Shown piece after piece: positions 55,791 through 64,000 of a stretch of DNA of 64,000 bases. The notes below the pieces were generated by a model. It was not told the origin of the DNA. It made no database searches and saw nothing but the letters and a program-made list of their open reading frames with translations. This stretch comes from an uncultured Candidatus Saccharibacteria bacterium (GTDB taxonomy: Bacteria; Patescibacteriota; Minisyncoccia; Ryanbacterales; GWA2-47-10b). Made by a program: the position numbers and the translations under genes. Within the stretch, counting starts at the first letter, position 1, and each line of letters opens with the position of its first letter. The DNA is taken from assembly GCA_964356915.1 (NCBI GenBank), contig CAYHJF010000002.1, positions 19,982 through 83,981 on the forward strand. The letters are read 5' to 3'.

Positions 55791-56345
55791 CTATACAGGC
55801 GTACGTGGGTTTGATAACTCTTCTAATCTTCTGATATTTTTATCTGTACAGAAATTTTCAAATACCGGCGGATCTTTAATGTGCAAGAATTCACACATTG
55901 GAATACAGACAACACTATCATGGACAAGACTATTACCTTCCCCTACTGGATCCCATAATTTTATCGTGAGATCAGTAGTGCTAACCCAGTATATTTTTCC
56001 TACGTCGTATAATACACCTCCTGGCATAATCGGCACTGGTCGAATATTGATTACAAATAAAACATCGTGACTCTCATGCATTGTCACGGGGTCATCCCAA
56101 AGACAATCAAGTAATGTTGGATCATCATCTTCACTCCAACACTCGATAACGCCAGGATGTGACATGATGTACCGATATCGTTCCTGTACCTCTGTAGGAG
56201 CGTTAATACGCAACATCGGAAAAAAAGAAACACTATATAGTTGTGCGAAAAGAGCAAAAAGAAGACTCGCGCTCATACCTGACACGACATTCTCCTCTCT
56301 ATGAAATGTTTTACCATCGACTGAAAGGATATACAATACATCCAT
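55791..56345 (-). CDS. Hypothetical protein
   Basis: 184-aa ORF with a possible internal signal-like hydrophobic segment. Confidence 0.35.
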   Translation of the reverse strand: MDVLYILSVDGKTFHREENVVSGMSASLLFALFAQLYSVSFFPMLRINAPTEVQERYRYIMSHPGVIECWSEDDDPTLLDCLWDDPVTMHESHDVLFVINIRPVPIMPGGVLYDVGKIYWVSTTDLTIKLWDPVGEGNSLVHDSVVCIPMCEFLHIKDPPVFENFCTDKNIRRLEELSNPRTPV

Positions 56346-57519
56346 GCGCGTTAGCCACTCTACTCTTGAAACGTACCGAAACTGCCCCCAACGATATAAG
56401 TTTCAAGAAATCGACAAAATCAAAGGTAAAAAAGCGAAAGAAGCTGTCTTTGGTACGGCTATTCATAGTGCGCTGGAATACATGTTTTCAAAAGATCCTC
56501 TATTCCCGACACTTGAAGAAATTCTGTCGCGTTTTCGATCAACCGTCCAAGAGAGCACAAGCTTTACCGATGAGCAAAAAATTCGCTATCAGGAGTCCGG
56601 CGAGCGAATTGTAAAATCGTTTTATGCAAAAAATCCACCGTGGAATTTTACGATCGTTGACCTCGAGTCTCGTTTTGAAGTCGCACTTGATGATCCAACT
56701 ACCGGTGAACACCATACGCTCGTCGGTAAGATTGATCGTATCGATAAAGTAGAAGACGACGCATACGAGATTATTGATTACAAAACCTCTTCAAAACTTC
56801 CCTCTCAAGCAACCGTGGATGGCAACGTACAGTTATCACTCTATCAACTCGGGCTTCAACGACGTTGGCCTCATCTCGATCCCTCAAAGGTTAACCTATC
56901 ACTTTATTTTGTAAAAGCTGGCGAAAAACTATCAACAAAACGAACACCTGAAGATCTAAAAAATACTGAAATAGCACTCTTAAAAGACATCCAGACAATT
57001 GAAATAAAAACAAAATCTGGAGATTTCCCTCCCCTTGTATCCCCTCTTTGTGGCTGGTGTCCTTACAAGCCCATATGTCCTGCTTGGCGACATTTATATC
57101 AAAAATCTGAGGAACAGCCTGCTGGAGAAGAAAAAACAGGTGAAGAACTTGTCCAGCAATATTCTCGACTAAAATTAGAAATTGCCGAGAGAGAAAGCGA
57201 GCTTAAAAAACTAACCGGCGAGATTAACGTATATCTCAACACCCACGGCCTCGAACGCTTATTTGGCGATGCTCATATCATCGCTCGAAAAGTTCAAGAG
57301 CGTTCAAGTGTAGATTTTGAGAAGATGCGATCCGTATTAGAACCGATTGGCCTTTGGGAAACTATCTTAGCGCCAGATCAAAAATTAGTAAAAAAGATTC
57401 TAACAACGCTACCACCTGAAACGAAAGCACGCGCCGAAGAAGCTTTGATCATTAAACACTTCACTATGCTCGGACTTTCTAAGAAAAAGATAGACGATCA
57501 AATCGAAGAAAATCTATAA
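56344..57519 (+). CDS. PD-(D/E)xK nuclease, RecB/Cas4-like, with C-terminal cysteine cluster
   Basis: GKIDRIDKVEDDAYEIIDYKTS (the D...E.K core). C-terminal CGWCPYKPICPAW 4-Cys cluster, typical of Cas4/AddB iron-sulfur nucleases. Confidence 0.75.
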   Translation: MRVSHSTLETYRNCPQRYKFQEIDKIKGKKAKEAVFGTAIHSALEYMFSKDPLFPTLEEILSRFRSTVQESTSFTDEQKIRYQESGERIVKSFYAKNPPWNFTIVDLESRFEVALDDPTTGEHHTLVGKIDRIDKVEDDAYEIIDYKTSSKLPSQATVDGNVQLSLYQLGLQRRWPHLDPSKVNLSLYFVKAGEKLSTKRTPEDLKNTEIALLKDIQTIEIKTKSGDFPPLVSPLCGWCPYKPICPAWRHLYQKSEEQPAGEEKTGEELVQQYSRLKLEIAERESELKKLTGEINVYLNTHGLERLFGDAHIIARKVQERSSVDFEKMRSVLEPIGLWETILAPDQKLVKKILTTLPPETKARAEEALIIKHFTMLGLSKKKIDDQIEENL

Positions 57520-57544
57520 ATAAAAAAGACCCGTATTTCGGGTC
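57516..57544 (-). terminator. Intrinsic terminator
   Basis: Minus-strand hairpin gacccg-aaata-cgggtc followed by ttttttattt, right after the 57543..57800 gene. Confidence 0.5.
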
Positions 57545-57800
57545 AGATGGTCGTTGTGGATGCGGGAGGCACCGACTCTTTTGCGAGCTCTCTATCGAGC
57601 CACATGAGATACAGCGTCGCCAAAAGCATACCGATACAGTCCACGATAATCCATAGAAGCTTCATCGCTCCCTGGTTTGTCAAAAGAGCATAAACTGCAA
57701 AGATCACATTCAATGCAGCAAGCAAAATGAAAAGAATTTGACCGTACTTTGCCAAAGGCTTCAATACGGCCGGTGGAACATGCTGGATGAGCGGATCCAT
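57543..57800 (-). CDS. Small membrane protein
   Basis: 85 aa with two TM helices. Confidence 0.4.
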   Translation of the reverse strand: MDPLIQHVPPAVLKPLAKYGQILFILLAALNVIFAVYALLTNQGAMKLLWIIVDCIGMLLATLYLMWLDRELAKESVPPASTTTI

Positions 57801-57841
57801 TCTGAATATACAGCTACCATATTAACTCGCATGAGTCAAGC

Positions 57842-58180
57842 TTATCTACACTGCTTACTCGGAGTAAACCCCGCAAGTTCTGCCTCTTGAACTGAGCTAA
57901 AATATAGACGGTTTTCATCCTTGATACGCCCTACCGCCTTACAGGCCTTTGGATAATAGGTAGATCCATTTTTGCTTGCGATAAAACTCCCCTCGCCCGC
58001 CGAAGAGCCCACCGTACCTGTAGAAAAGGCTTGTTTTTCAAATCGAACAGACGTAATAGGCTTTTTTGTTTGTACAAAACGAATAAACCCAGCTATAAAA
58101 AGAATGCTTAAAAACGTACAAAGACCCCAAAATATTGCTCCTTCCTCCCTCTTGATTTTCTCTCGGATACGTTGTAGCAT
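57842..58180 (-). CDS. Membrane-anchored hypothetical protein
   Basis: N-terminal TM anchor (IFWGLCTFLSILFIAGFI). Confidence 0.4.
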   Translation of the reverse strand: MLQRIREKIKREEGAIFWGLCTFLSILFIAGFIRFVQTKKPITSVRFEKQAFSTGTVGSSAGEGSFIASKNGSTYYPKACKAVGRIKDENRLYFSSVQEAELAGFTPSKQCR

Positions 58181-58212
58181 AGTAGGGTTATTGTTTTAGC
58201 TTAACGTAAATC

Positions 58213-58491
58213 ATGGCACATACAAAAGCCGGCGGATCGACACAAAACCTACGCGACTCAAACCCAAAATATCTTGGTGTTAAGCTTTCTGGCGGCCAAA
58301 AAGCACAAGTAGGATCTATCATCATCCGCCAACGAGGTACTCGTTTTCGAGCAGGTACAAACGTTCGCATGGGCAAAGATCACACACTCTATGCGATGAC
58401 TGACGGTATCGTACAATTTAGCGACAAACGCCGTACTCGATTTGACGGCATGAAAGTTACTCAAAAATTAGTCAGTGTAGTGACAAAGTAA
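58213..58491 (+). CDS. rpmA: 50S ribosomal protein L27
   Basis: [24 protein letters not shown]...[12 protein letters not shown] is a near-canonical L27. Confidence 0.95.
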   Translation: MAHTKAGGSTQNLRDSNPKYLGVKLSGGQKAQVGSIIIRQRGTRFRAGTNVRMGKDHTLYAMTDGIVQFSDKRRTRFDGMKVTQKLVSVVTK

Positions 58492-58515
58492 TCTACTCTT
58501 CAACTATATAAAAAA

Positions 58516-58541
58516 GGACCCTCGATCGGGGTTCTTTTTTT
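58516..58541 (+). terminator. rpmA intrinsic terminator
   Basis: Hairpin ggaccc-tcgatcg-gggttc followed by ttttttt. Confidence 0.45.
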
Positions 58542-58807
58542 GTATTAAAAAATTAAATTACTTGCGGTGGGACATGCCCACAACAAAGACAAATGGGTAC
58601 TCGCACACCTCCGCGTGTATACGCTACAGAAGAGCCGCAGCAAGAACTCTGGTGGAATATGCTCCTTAAGCGGAGACGCGGACCTACACCGTTGAGCATC
58701 TGGCGCATGTGACGTACTTCGCGCGCCACAGAGCGAGAAAGTCCTCGGAGCAAGCTCATATGCCAAGCCCTCTTTATTTAGGATACCTCTACTTTATTGG
58801 GATGCAA

Positions 58808-60505
58808 CTATCGTCTCTTCTTTTTCTGTGCTTTCTTTTGTAAACGTGGTTTTTGAGTTTTTTTCGTTGGTTGTTTTGGCAGATCTTTCTTTGCCGCAAC
58901 ACGAATAAACTCACGAAATAACGGGTGGGGATGAAGTGGTCGTGATAAAAATTCTGGGTGAAATTGGATACCGAGAAAAAATGGATGACCTGGAAGCTCT
59001 GCAATTTCTACCAGCTTTCGCTGAGGATTAATACCTGAAACAATAAGCCCCTTCTTTTCAAGCTTGGGAAGTAACGATCCATTAATTTCATAACGATGTC
59101 TATGTCGTTCTTTGATCCGCTCAACGCCATACGCACGCTCAGCTACCGTTCCCTTTATTACCTTACAATCATACAATCCCAATCGCATTGACCCGCCATA
59201 ATTTTTCTGGGCAAGTAGCTGCGCCTGTTCGGGTAAAATATGAACTACTGGAAACGGAGTCTTCTTATTCACCTCTTCTGTATGCGCGTCCTCCATACCA
59301 GCGACGTGGCGAGCAAATTCAACGACCATAAGCTGTAATCCGTAGCAAAGCCCAAAATATGGAATCTTATTCTTTCGGCAAAATTCGATTACATTGATCT
59401 TTCCCTCAATACCTCTTTTACCAAAACCTCCGGGGACTACGATACCGTCAAATTCTTCTATCTCGTATAGCGTGTTTTTATCTTTCTCATACCGTTCCGC
59501 ATCAAGCCACGTTAAGTTAATCTCAACTCCGTGATACCAGCCGGCATGTTTCAAGGCTTCGATAACTGATATATATGAATCCGTAAGTGAAAAATCTCCT
59601 GTAGCAAAATACTTTCCGACGATACCAATACGGACCGTTCGTTTATGTGAATTATGAATTACCGAGACTAGCTTTTTCCATTCAGCAAGATCGGTTTGTC
59701 GACGTTTAAGTCCTAATTTTTTTAAAACTCTATTACCAAGATTATCTTTCTCAAAATTAAGTGGAACCTCGTAAATAGATTTAATATCTGGCGCGGACAC
59801 CACGTCTTCTTCACTTAGATTAGCTGCGATAGAGAGTTTATGCTTGCGCGGCTTATCAAGCGGTACGGAAGATCGTGCAAGAATGATATCGGGCTGGATA
59901 CCGGCAGAGTTAAGTGAGCGAACTGCGTATTGAGTAGGCTTTGTCTTCATCTCCCCAATAATGCCCGGAATAGGTAGATAGCTCACCATGACAAATAACA
60001 CGTCTTGAGGAGCGCGAAGTTTTAGCATACGAGCCGCTTCAAGAAACAGTAAGTTCTGATACTCCCCTACGGTTCCACCTATTTCTACTAACAAAATTTC
60101 CGCATTTACCTTTTCTTGAGCCGCATGGATACGACGAATAATTTCTTCCGGAATATGCGGAACTACTTCAACACACTTACCGTCATACTCAAGATTTCGT
60201 TCTTTAGCAATCACGTGCTGATATACAGCGCCCGTTGTCATGTAATTTACTTTGTGAAGTGACACATTGAGAAAACGCTCGTAGTTACCAATATCCTGGT
60301 CGCACTCAAGACCGTCGTCAGTAACAAAAACCTCACCGTGTTCGGTGGGGTTCATAGTACCTGCATCAACGTTGATATAGGGATCGATTTTCATCGCAGA
60401 GACGCGAAAACCGTAAGACTGAAGGATCTTCCCAAGAGAAGCGGTCGCTACACCCTTCCCAATGCCTGACATCACGCCCCCCGTAACGAAGATAATCTTT
60501 CTCAT
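58808..60505 (-). CDS. pyrG: CTP synthase
   Basis: N-terminus KIIFVTGGVMSGIGKGVATASLG. GATase C-terminal GLCYGLQ. Lys-rich C-terminal tail. Confidence 0.95.
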   Translation of the reverse strand: MRKIIFVTGGVMSGIGKGVATASLGKILQSYGFRVSAMKIDPYINVDAGTMNPTEHGEVFVTDDGLECDQDIGNYERFLNVSLHKVNYMTTGAVYQHVIAKERNLEYDGKCVEVVPHIPEEIIRRIHAAQEKVNAEILLVEIGGTVGEYQNLLFLEAARMLKLRAPQDVLFVMVSYLPIPGIIGEMKTKPTQYAVRSLNSAGIQPDIILARSSVPLDKPRKHKLSIAANLSEEDVVSAPDIKSIYEVPLNFEKDNLGNRVLKKLGLKRRQTDLAEWKKLVSVIHNSHKRTVRIGIVGKYFATGDFSLTDSYISVIEALKHAGWYHGVEINLTWLDAERYEKDKNTLYEIEEFDGIVVPGGFGKRGIEGKINVIEFCRKNKIPYFGLCYGLQLMVVEFARHVAGMEDAHTEEVNKKTPFPVVHILPEQAQLLAQKNYGGSMRLGLYDCKVIKGTVAERAYGVERIKERHRHRYEINGSLLPKLEKKGLIVSGINPQRKLVEIAELPGHPFFLGIQFHPEFLSRPLHPHPLFREFIRVAAKKDLPKQPTKKTQKPRLQKKAQKKKRR

Positions 60506-60942
60506 ATCGGATTAATTATTACATGAAATGCAACGTCCATGCCACCAATTGAAACATGTACGGCATGTTCTCCAATAACTTTTAATGGCTCACTGGTAAT
60601 ATGCTTCTTTGTCAACGCCGGAAAACCATTCTCATGCAATGTCTCTATAAGTTCATCTAGCGAGAGCGCGGCGAACAGATGTCCCTTCTCATTTGCTTTC
60701 TTTGTGTAGGTTAACGTGGTCTTTTCAAGTTTCTCACGATACAAAATTTGTTCTGCTTCTTTTGCAGCTCCTGTACGCGCAATTTTTGCATCACGAGCCT
60801 CGGCTTCCGCGATGGCCTGCTTGTCTGCAATACGCCCAAGACCCTGACGCATCAAAAAATTACGTCCAAAGCCGTCTTTCACATCGACAACGGTGCCCCG
60901 TTGACCGATCTTTGGGACATCTTTTATGAGAAGAATTTTCAT
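60502..60942 (-). CDS. rplI: 50S ribosomal protein L9
   Basis: MKILLIKDVPKIGQRGTVVDVKDGFGRNFL, the typical L9 N-domain. Confidence 0.9.
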   Translation of the reverse strand: MKILLIKDVPKIGQRGTVVDVKDGFGRNFLMRQGLGRIADKQAIAEAEARDAKIARTGAAKEAEQILYREKLEKTTLTYTKKANEKGHLFAALSLDELIETLHENGFPALTKKHITSEPLKVIGEHAVHVSIGGMDVAFHVIINPI

Positions 60943-60946
60943 TATA

Positions 60947-62158
60947 TTAGCGTGTTTTTAAATATTCGAAGGCCTTTTCGAGTTGTGGGTCAGATCCTGG
61001 CTCAAGATTTTCTGGAATCTCAACGGTGATATCAGGAGTCAATCCTTCTTTTGTGATTGATTTTCCACTTGGTGTCAACCACTTCGCAATAGTTACTTTA
61101 ATCGATGTAGAAGGAGTAATCTCTTCAAGCTCCTGTACTGTTCCTTTCCCAAATGTTTTCTCGCCAATAAGAGTTGCTTTCTTATGTTCCTGAAGAGCTC
61201 CGGCAAGAATTTCTGATGCTGAAGCAGACCCCCTGTTTACCAAAATAACTGTCGGTATATTTTCAAGTGCTCGATAACCCACGCTACGATATATGTCTGA
61301 CTCCCGATCACGATACTCTTCTTGAGCAACCACTTCCCCCTCAGGGAGGAACCAGCTTGCAATTTCAACTGCTGAAGTAAAGAAACCTCCTGGATTATTC
61401 CGTAAATCTACAATCAGTTTTTTATTACCCGAATTGAGCATCTCGCGCACCGCTTCAGCAAACTCAAGACTCGATTTTTCAGAAAAACTTGCCAAGCGAA
61501 TAATAAATACTCCGTTTTTTGATTCAGTAGTTAATATAGGAACCTTAATAACATCACGCGCGACAGAAATTTCTCTTGGCTTCTCTTCTCCATTGCGCAA
61601 AATGATTAATTTAACCTGTGTACCCCGCTCCCCTCGAATCTGATGAACTGCCTCATCAAGAGTGAGGTCGCTAGTAAAAGAATCGTTAATTTTTAAAATT
61701 TTATCCCCTGCCTTCAATCCTGCTTTTTCAGATGGAGATCCTTTAATGGGAGCAATGAGTGTTAATACGTCTTTACGCATACCGATCTCAGCACCAATAC
61801 CAGAAAACTCTCCTCTAATTTCAGTCTCGAAATCCTCGAGATCTTTTGGCGGAAAAAAGGTCGTATATGGATCCCCAAGACTCTTGACCATGCCTTCTAT
61901 AGCGCCCCATACGAGCGCCTGACGATCAATTTCCTTCTCTCCGATATGTTTTGCCTCCAAGATACGCCACGCTTTCCAAAACGGCTCAAAATCAACCTCC
62001 TTTGCGAGCGTCGAAGGTGTTGTTTTACTAATAACATTCTCAACGCGCTCAATCTCCGGACTGGAGTTGTAACCATAAAAGACGCCAAGACTAAAAGAGG
62101 CGCCGATCAAAACGAGCGCCGCCACGACAACAGATTGAGTGCGATACCGCTGCATCAT
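60947..62158 (-). CDS. Carboxyl-terminal processing protease (S41)
   Basis: PDZ region plus S41 core LIVDLRNNPGGFFTSAVEIA and a catalytic Ser/Lys region. Confidence 0.85.
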   Translation of the reverse strand: MMQRYRTQSVVVAALVLIGASFSLGVFYGYNSSPEIERVENVISKTTPSTLAKEVDFEPFWKAWRILEAKHIGEKEIDRQALVWGAIEGMVKSLGDPYTTFFPPKDLEDFETEIRGEFSGIGAEIGMRKDVLTLIAPIKGSPSEKAGLKAGDKILKINDSFTSDLTLDEAVHQIRGERGTQVKLIILRNGEEKPREISVARDVIKVPILTTESKNGVFIIRLASFSEKSSLEFAEAVREMLNSGNKKLIVDLRNNPGGFFTSAVEIASWFLPEGEVVAQEEYRDRESDIYRSVGYRALENIPTVILVNRGSASASEILAGALQEHKKATLIGEKTFGKGTVQELEEITPSTSIKVTIAKWLTPSGKSITKEGLTPDITVEIPENLEPGSDPQLEKAFEYLKTR

Positions 62159-62200
62159 AACGTACTCTAGTATCTCAAAAAAATACTCCTAGAGCAAGCT

Positions 62201-63133
62201 GTGTGCTATACTGATACACATATGGATCGTGTATCTTCACGCCACGTGACGTGGACGGATATTGAAAATCCAACCGAAGAAGAAATTGGGGCGATGACGA
62301 AACGCCTTCTTATTCATCCACTCGCAGCACAAGAAATGCGAGTTGTTACGTATCGTCCAAAAGTAGAACAGTACGAAGAGCATCTCTATCTCGTATTACA
62401 CTTCCCTGTTTTTGAACCATCGGCTGATTTTAGTATCAGTCGTGAAATTGATTTTATCATCTTTCCTTATAACCTAATCACTGTTCACTACGATCCCGTA
62501 CCACAGCTCGATGATTTTCTTGAATTACTTGCGAGCCACGAAGCGATTCGTGAACGTAAATTCGGCACATCAGCCGTACAGCTTCTCCACAACATCATTA
62601 GCTTACTTTTTACAGTATCTCGTAAAGATTTGGATAATCTCGAAGGACGTGTACGACGACTCGAAGAAAAAGTATTTAGCGACCAACAAGAATCCGCGCT
62701 TCGCGATATCGCAGTTATGAAGCGCGATATTCTTAATTTTCAAAAAGCCCTCAAACCTCAGCGCGCCGTACTAGAATCCCTAGAACTCCATGGGACACAG
62801 CTCTTCGGGTTAGATACAAAACCTTACTTTAACGATATAAAAGGAGAATATGTCCAACTTTGGGACTCTGTAGAAAATCTGCGCGAGATTCTTGAAACGC
62901 TCTACGATACAAATCTCTCCCTTCTTTCAGCAACTACAAACCGCATCATGAAAACGTTAACAATTTTTACGGTTATTTTAATGCCACTTTCATTCATTGC
63001 ATTCATCTACTCAATGGATATCCCCTGGGTTCCAGGCCGGCAAAATGTAAATGCATTTTGGGTCATTACTTGCTCAATGATTCTCATATCATTTGGCATC
63101 TGGCGTATCTTTAAGTCCCATAAATGGCTCTAA
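62201..63133 (+). CDS. corA: CorA-family divalent-cation transporter
   Basis: Two C-terminal TM helices. [10 protein letters not shown] is a variant of the YGMNF loop, and the overall CorA cytoplasmic-domain pattern is present. Confidence 0.7.
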   Translation: MCYTDTHMDRVSSRHVTWTDIENPTEEEIGAMTKRLLIHPLAAQEMRVVTYRPKVEQYEEHLYLVLHFPVFEPSADFSISREIDFIIFPYNLITVHYDPVPQLDDFLELLASHEAIRERKFGTSAVQLLHNIISLLFTVSRKDLDNLEGRVRRLEEKVFSDQQESALRDIAVMKRDILNFQKALKPQRAVLESLELHGTQLFGLDTKPYFNDIKGEYVQLWDSVENLREILETLYDTNLSLLSATTNRIMKTLTIFTVILMPLSFIAFIYSMDIPWVPGRQNVNAFWVITCSMILISFGIWRIFKSHKWL

Positions 63134-64000
63134 CGCTTTTCAATACTCTTGGGCGTAATTTGCAGATATTTCGTCCTCGACACGGCAAGCAGGTAACGCT
63201 TTATACTTGCGGACCTACTGTCTATCGCTCTCCCCACATTGGGAACTATCGAACATTTATCTTTGAAGATATTCTTGAGCGAACGCTTCGTGCGCAAAAT
63301 TATACAGTCAAACGAGTAATGAACATTACTGATGTCGGCCATCTCACTGACGACGCGGACGCGGGAGAAGACAAGATTGAACAAGAATCAAAAAAAACTC
63401 ATCGAAGCGCTCAGGAAATCGCAAAGTTTTATACAAAAGAACTCCTCGGAGACTTAAAGGCACTCAACATCCTAACTCCGCGCTATCTCCCCCGAGCGAC
63501 TAGCCACGTCAAAGAACAAATAGCGCTCATTAAAACTCTTGAAAAAAAAGGCTTTACATATAAAACTGCGGACGGCATTTACTTTGACACATCAAAATTC
63601 CCATCATATGGAGCACTCGCAAAGCGTGCGGCCAGCAACATTCGCGCAGGAGTAAGAGTAGCGCTTGGTGAAAAAAAACATCCCACAGACTTTGCTCTTT
63701 GGAAGTTTTCTGGTGCACGAAAACGCCAAATGGAATGGAAGTCTCCGTGGGGCACTGGATTTCCTGGCTGGCATATCGAGTGTTCTGCGATGGCAATGAA
63801 ATATCTCGGTAAAACGCTTGATATACACTGTGGTGGTATTGATCATAAAGAAACTCATCATCCTAACGAGATTGCTCAATCGGAAGCCGCAACAGGAAAA
63901 CCGTTTGCGCGTTTTTGGATGCATGGCGCCTTCCTGAATATCAAAGGTGAAAAAATGGCTAAATCAAATCCTGAAACAAATATTACCCTCCAGACACTCC
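63124..64000 (+). CDS. cysS: Cysteinyl-tRNA synthetase, 3' end beyond window
   Basis: Manual translation from the ATG at 63124, which overlaps the corA stop: [20 protein letters not shown] (the HIGH motif), then ...GEKMAKSN (KMSKS). The frame stays open to the window end. Confidence 0.85.
   Translation, partial: MALTLFNTLGRNLQIFRPRHGKQVTLYTCGPTVYRSPHIGNYRTFIFEDILERTLRAQNYTVKRVMNITDVGHLTDDADAGEDKIEQESKKTHRSAQEIAKFYTKELLGDLKALNILTPRYLPRATSHVKEQIALIKTLEKKGFTYKTADGIYFDTSKFPSYGALAKRAASNIRAGVRVALGEKKHPTDFALWKFSGARKRQMEWKSPWGTGFPGWHIECSAMAMKYLGKTLDIHCGGIDHKETHHPNEIAQSEAATGKPFARFWMHGAFLNIKGEKMAKSNPETNITLQTL

Noticed and set aside
58560-58790. Tested the rpmA-pyrG spacer and other intergenic regions for 4.5S/SRP RNA, RNase P and tRNA signatures.
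   Set aside because: No match to conserved SRP domain IV (GGAAGCAGCCAAGGCAG-like) or RNase P P4 elements, and no cloverleaf. It is kept only as an unassigned structured spacer.

Overview
The window has three parts.

**Host genes, ~1–17.2 kb.** Conserved housekeeping genes of a low-GC bacterium with a minimal gene set, possibly a reduced-genome lineage such as CPR/Patescibacteria. The lineage call is inference from gene content only. The genes, in order: a ThiF-like E1, an RRE–arginase fusion, an ABC exporter, aspS, scpAB, a PBP5-like carboxypeptidase, the mraY–murD–ftsW–murG cell-wall block, gltX and an M23 peptidase.

**Phage-like mobile region, ~17.2–57.8 kb.** About 40 kb, almost all on the minus strand. 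It begins at a tyrosine integrase at 18.1–19.1 kb. In order it carries a lysis cassette (holin, Amidase_2 endolysin, XhlA-like), a virion structural module (giant protein, tail fibre, virion-associated amidase, capsid, scaffold, portal) and then cargo. The cargo includes a complete CglI/NgoAVII-type restriction–modification operon: C5-methyltransferase, PLD-family nuclease and DEAD-Z1 motor subunit, plus a DUF559 Vsr-like nuclease. After the cargo come a MarR regulator, secreted proteins, a GpA-like large terminase, a ParB–methyltransferase fusion, a second Dcm, RusA and a Cas4-like PD-(D/E)xK nuclease.

**Diversity-generating retroelement (DGR), 42.3–45.3 kb, inside the cargo.** This is the most striking feature. 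It has four parts: a reverse transcriptase with the DGR hallmark IGxxxSQ and YTDD motifs; an Avd-like four-helix-bundle gene; a ~132-nt template repeat (TR); and an inverted ~132-nt variable repeat (VR). The VR forms the C-terminal 44 codons of a GC-rich 295-aa target gene. All 18 TR/VR mismatches fall on TR adenines.

**Host genes, 58.2–64 kb.** rpmA, pyrG, rplI, an S41 protease, corA and the start of cysS.

Other points of note: a MITE-like element with 16-bp terminal inverted repeats, a three-copy intergenic motif with GATATC iterons, and several intrinsic terminators. No CRISPR array, rRNA or confidently identifiable tRNA was seen.
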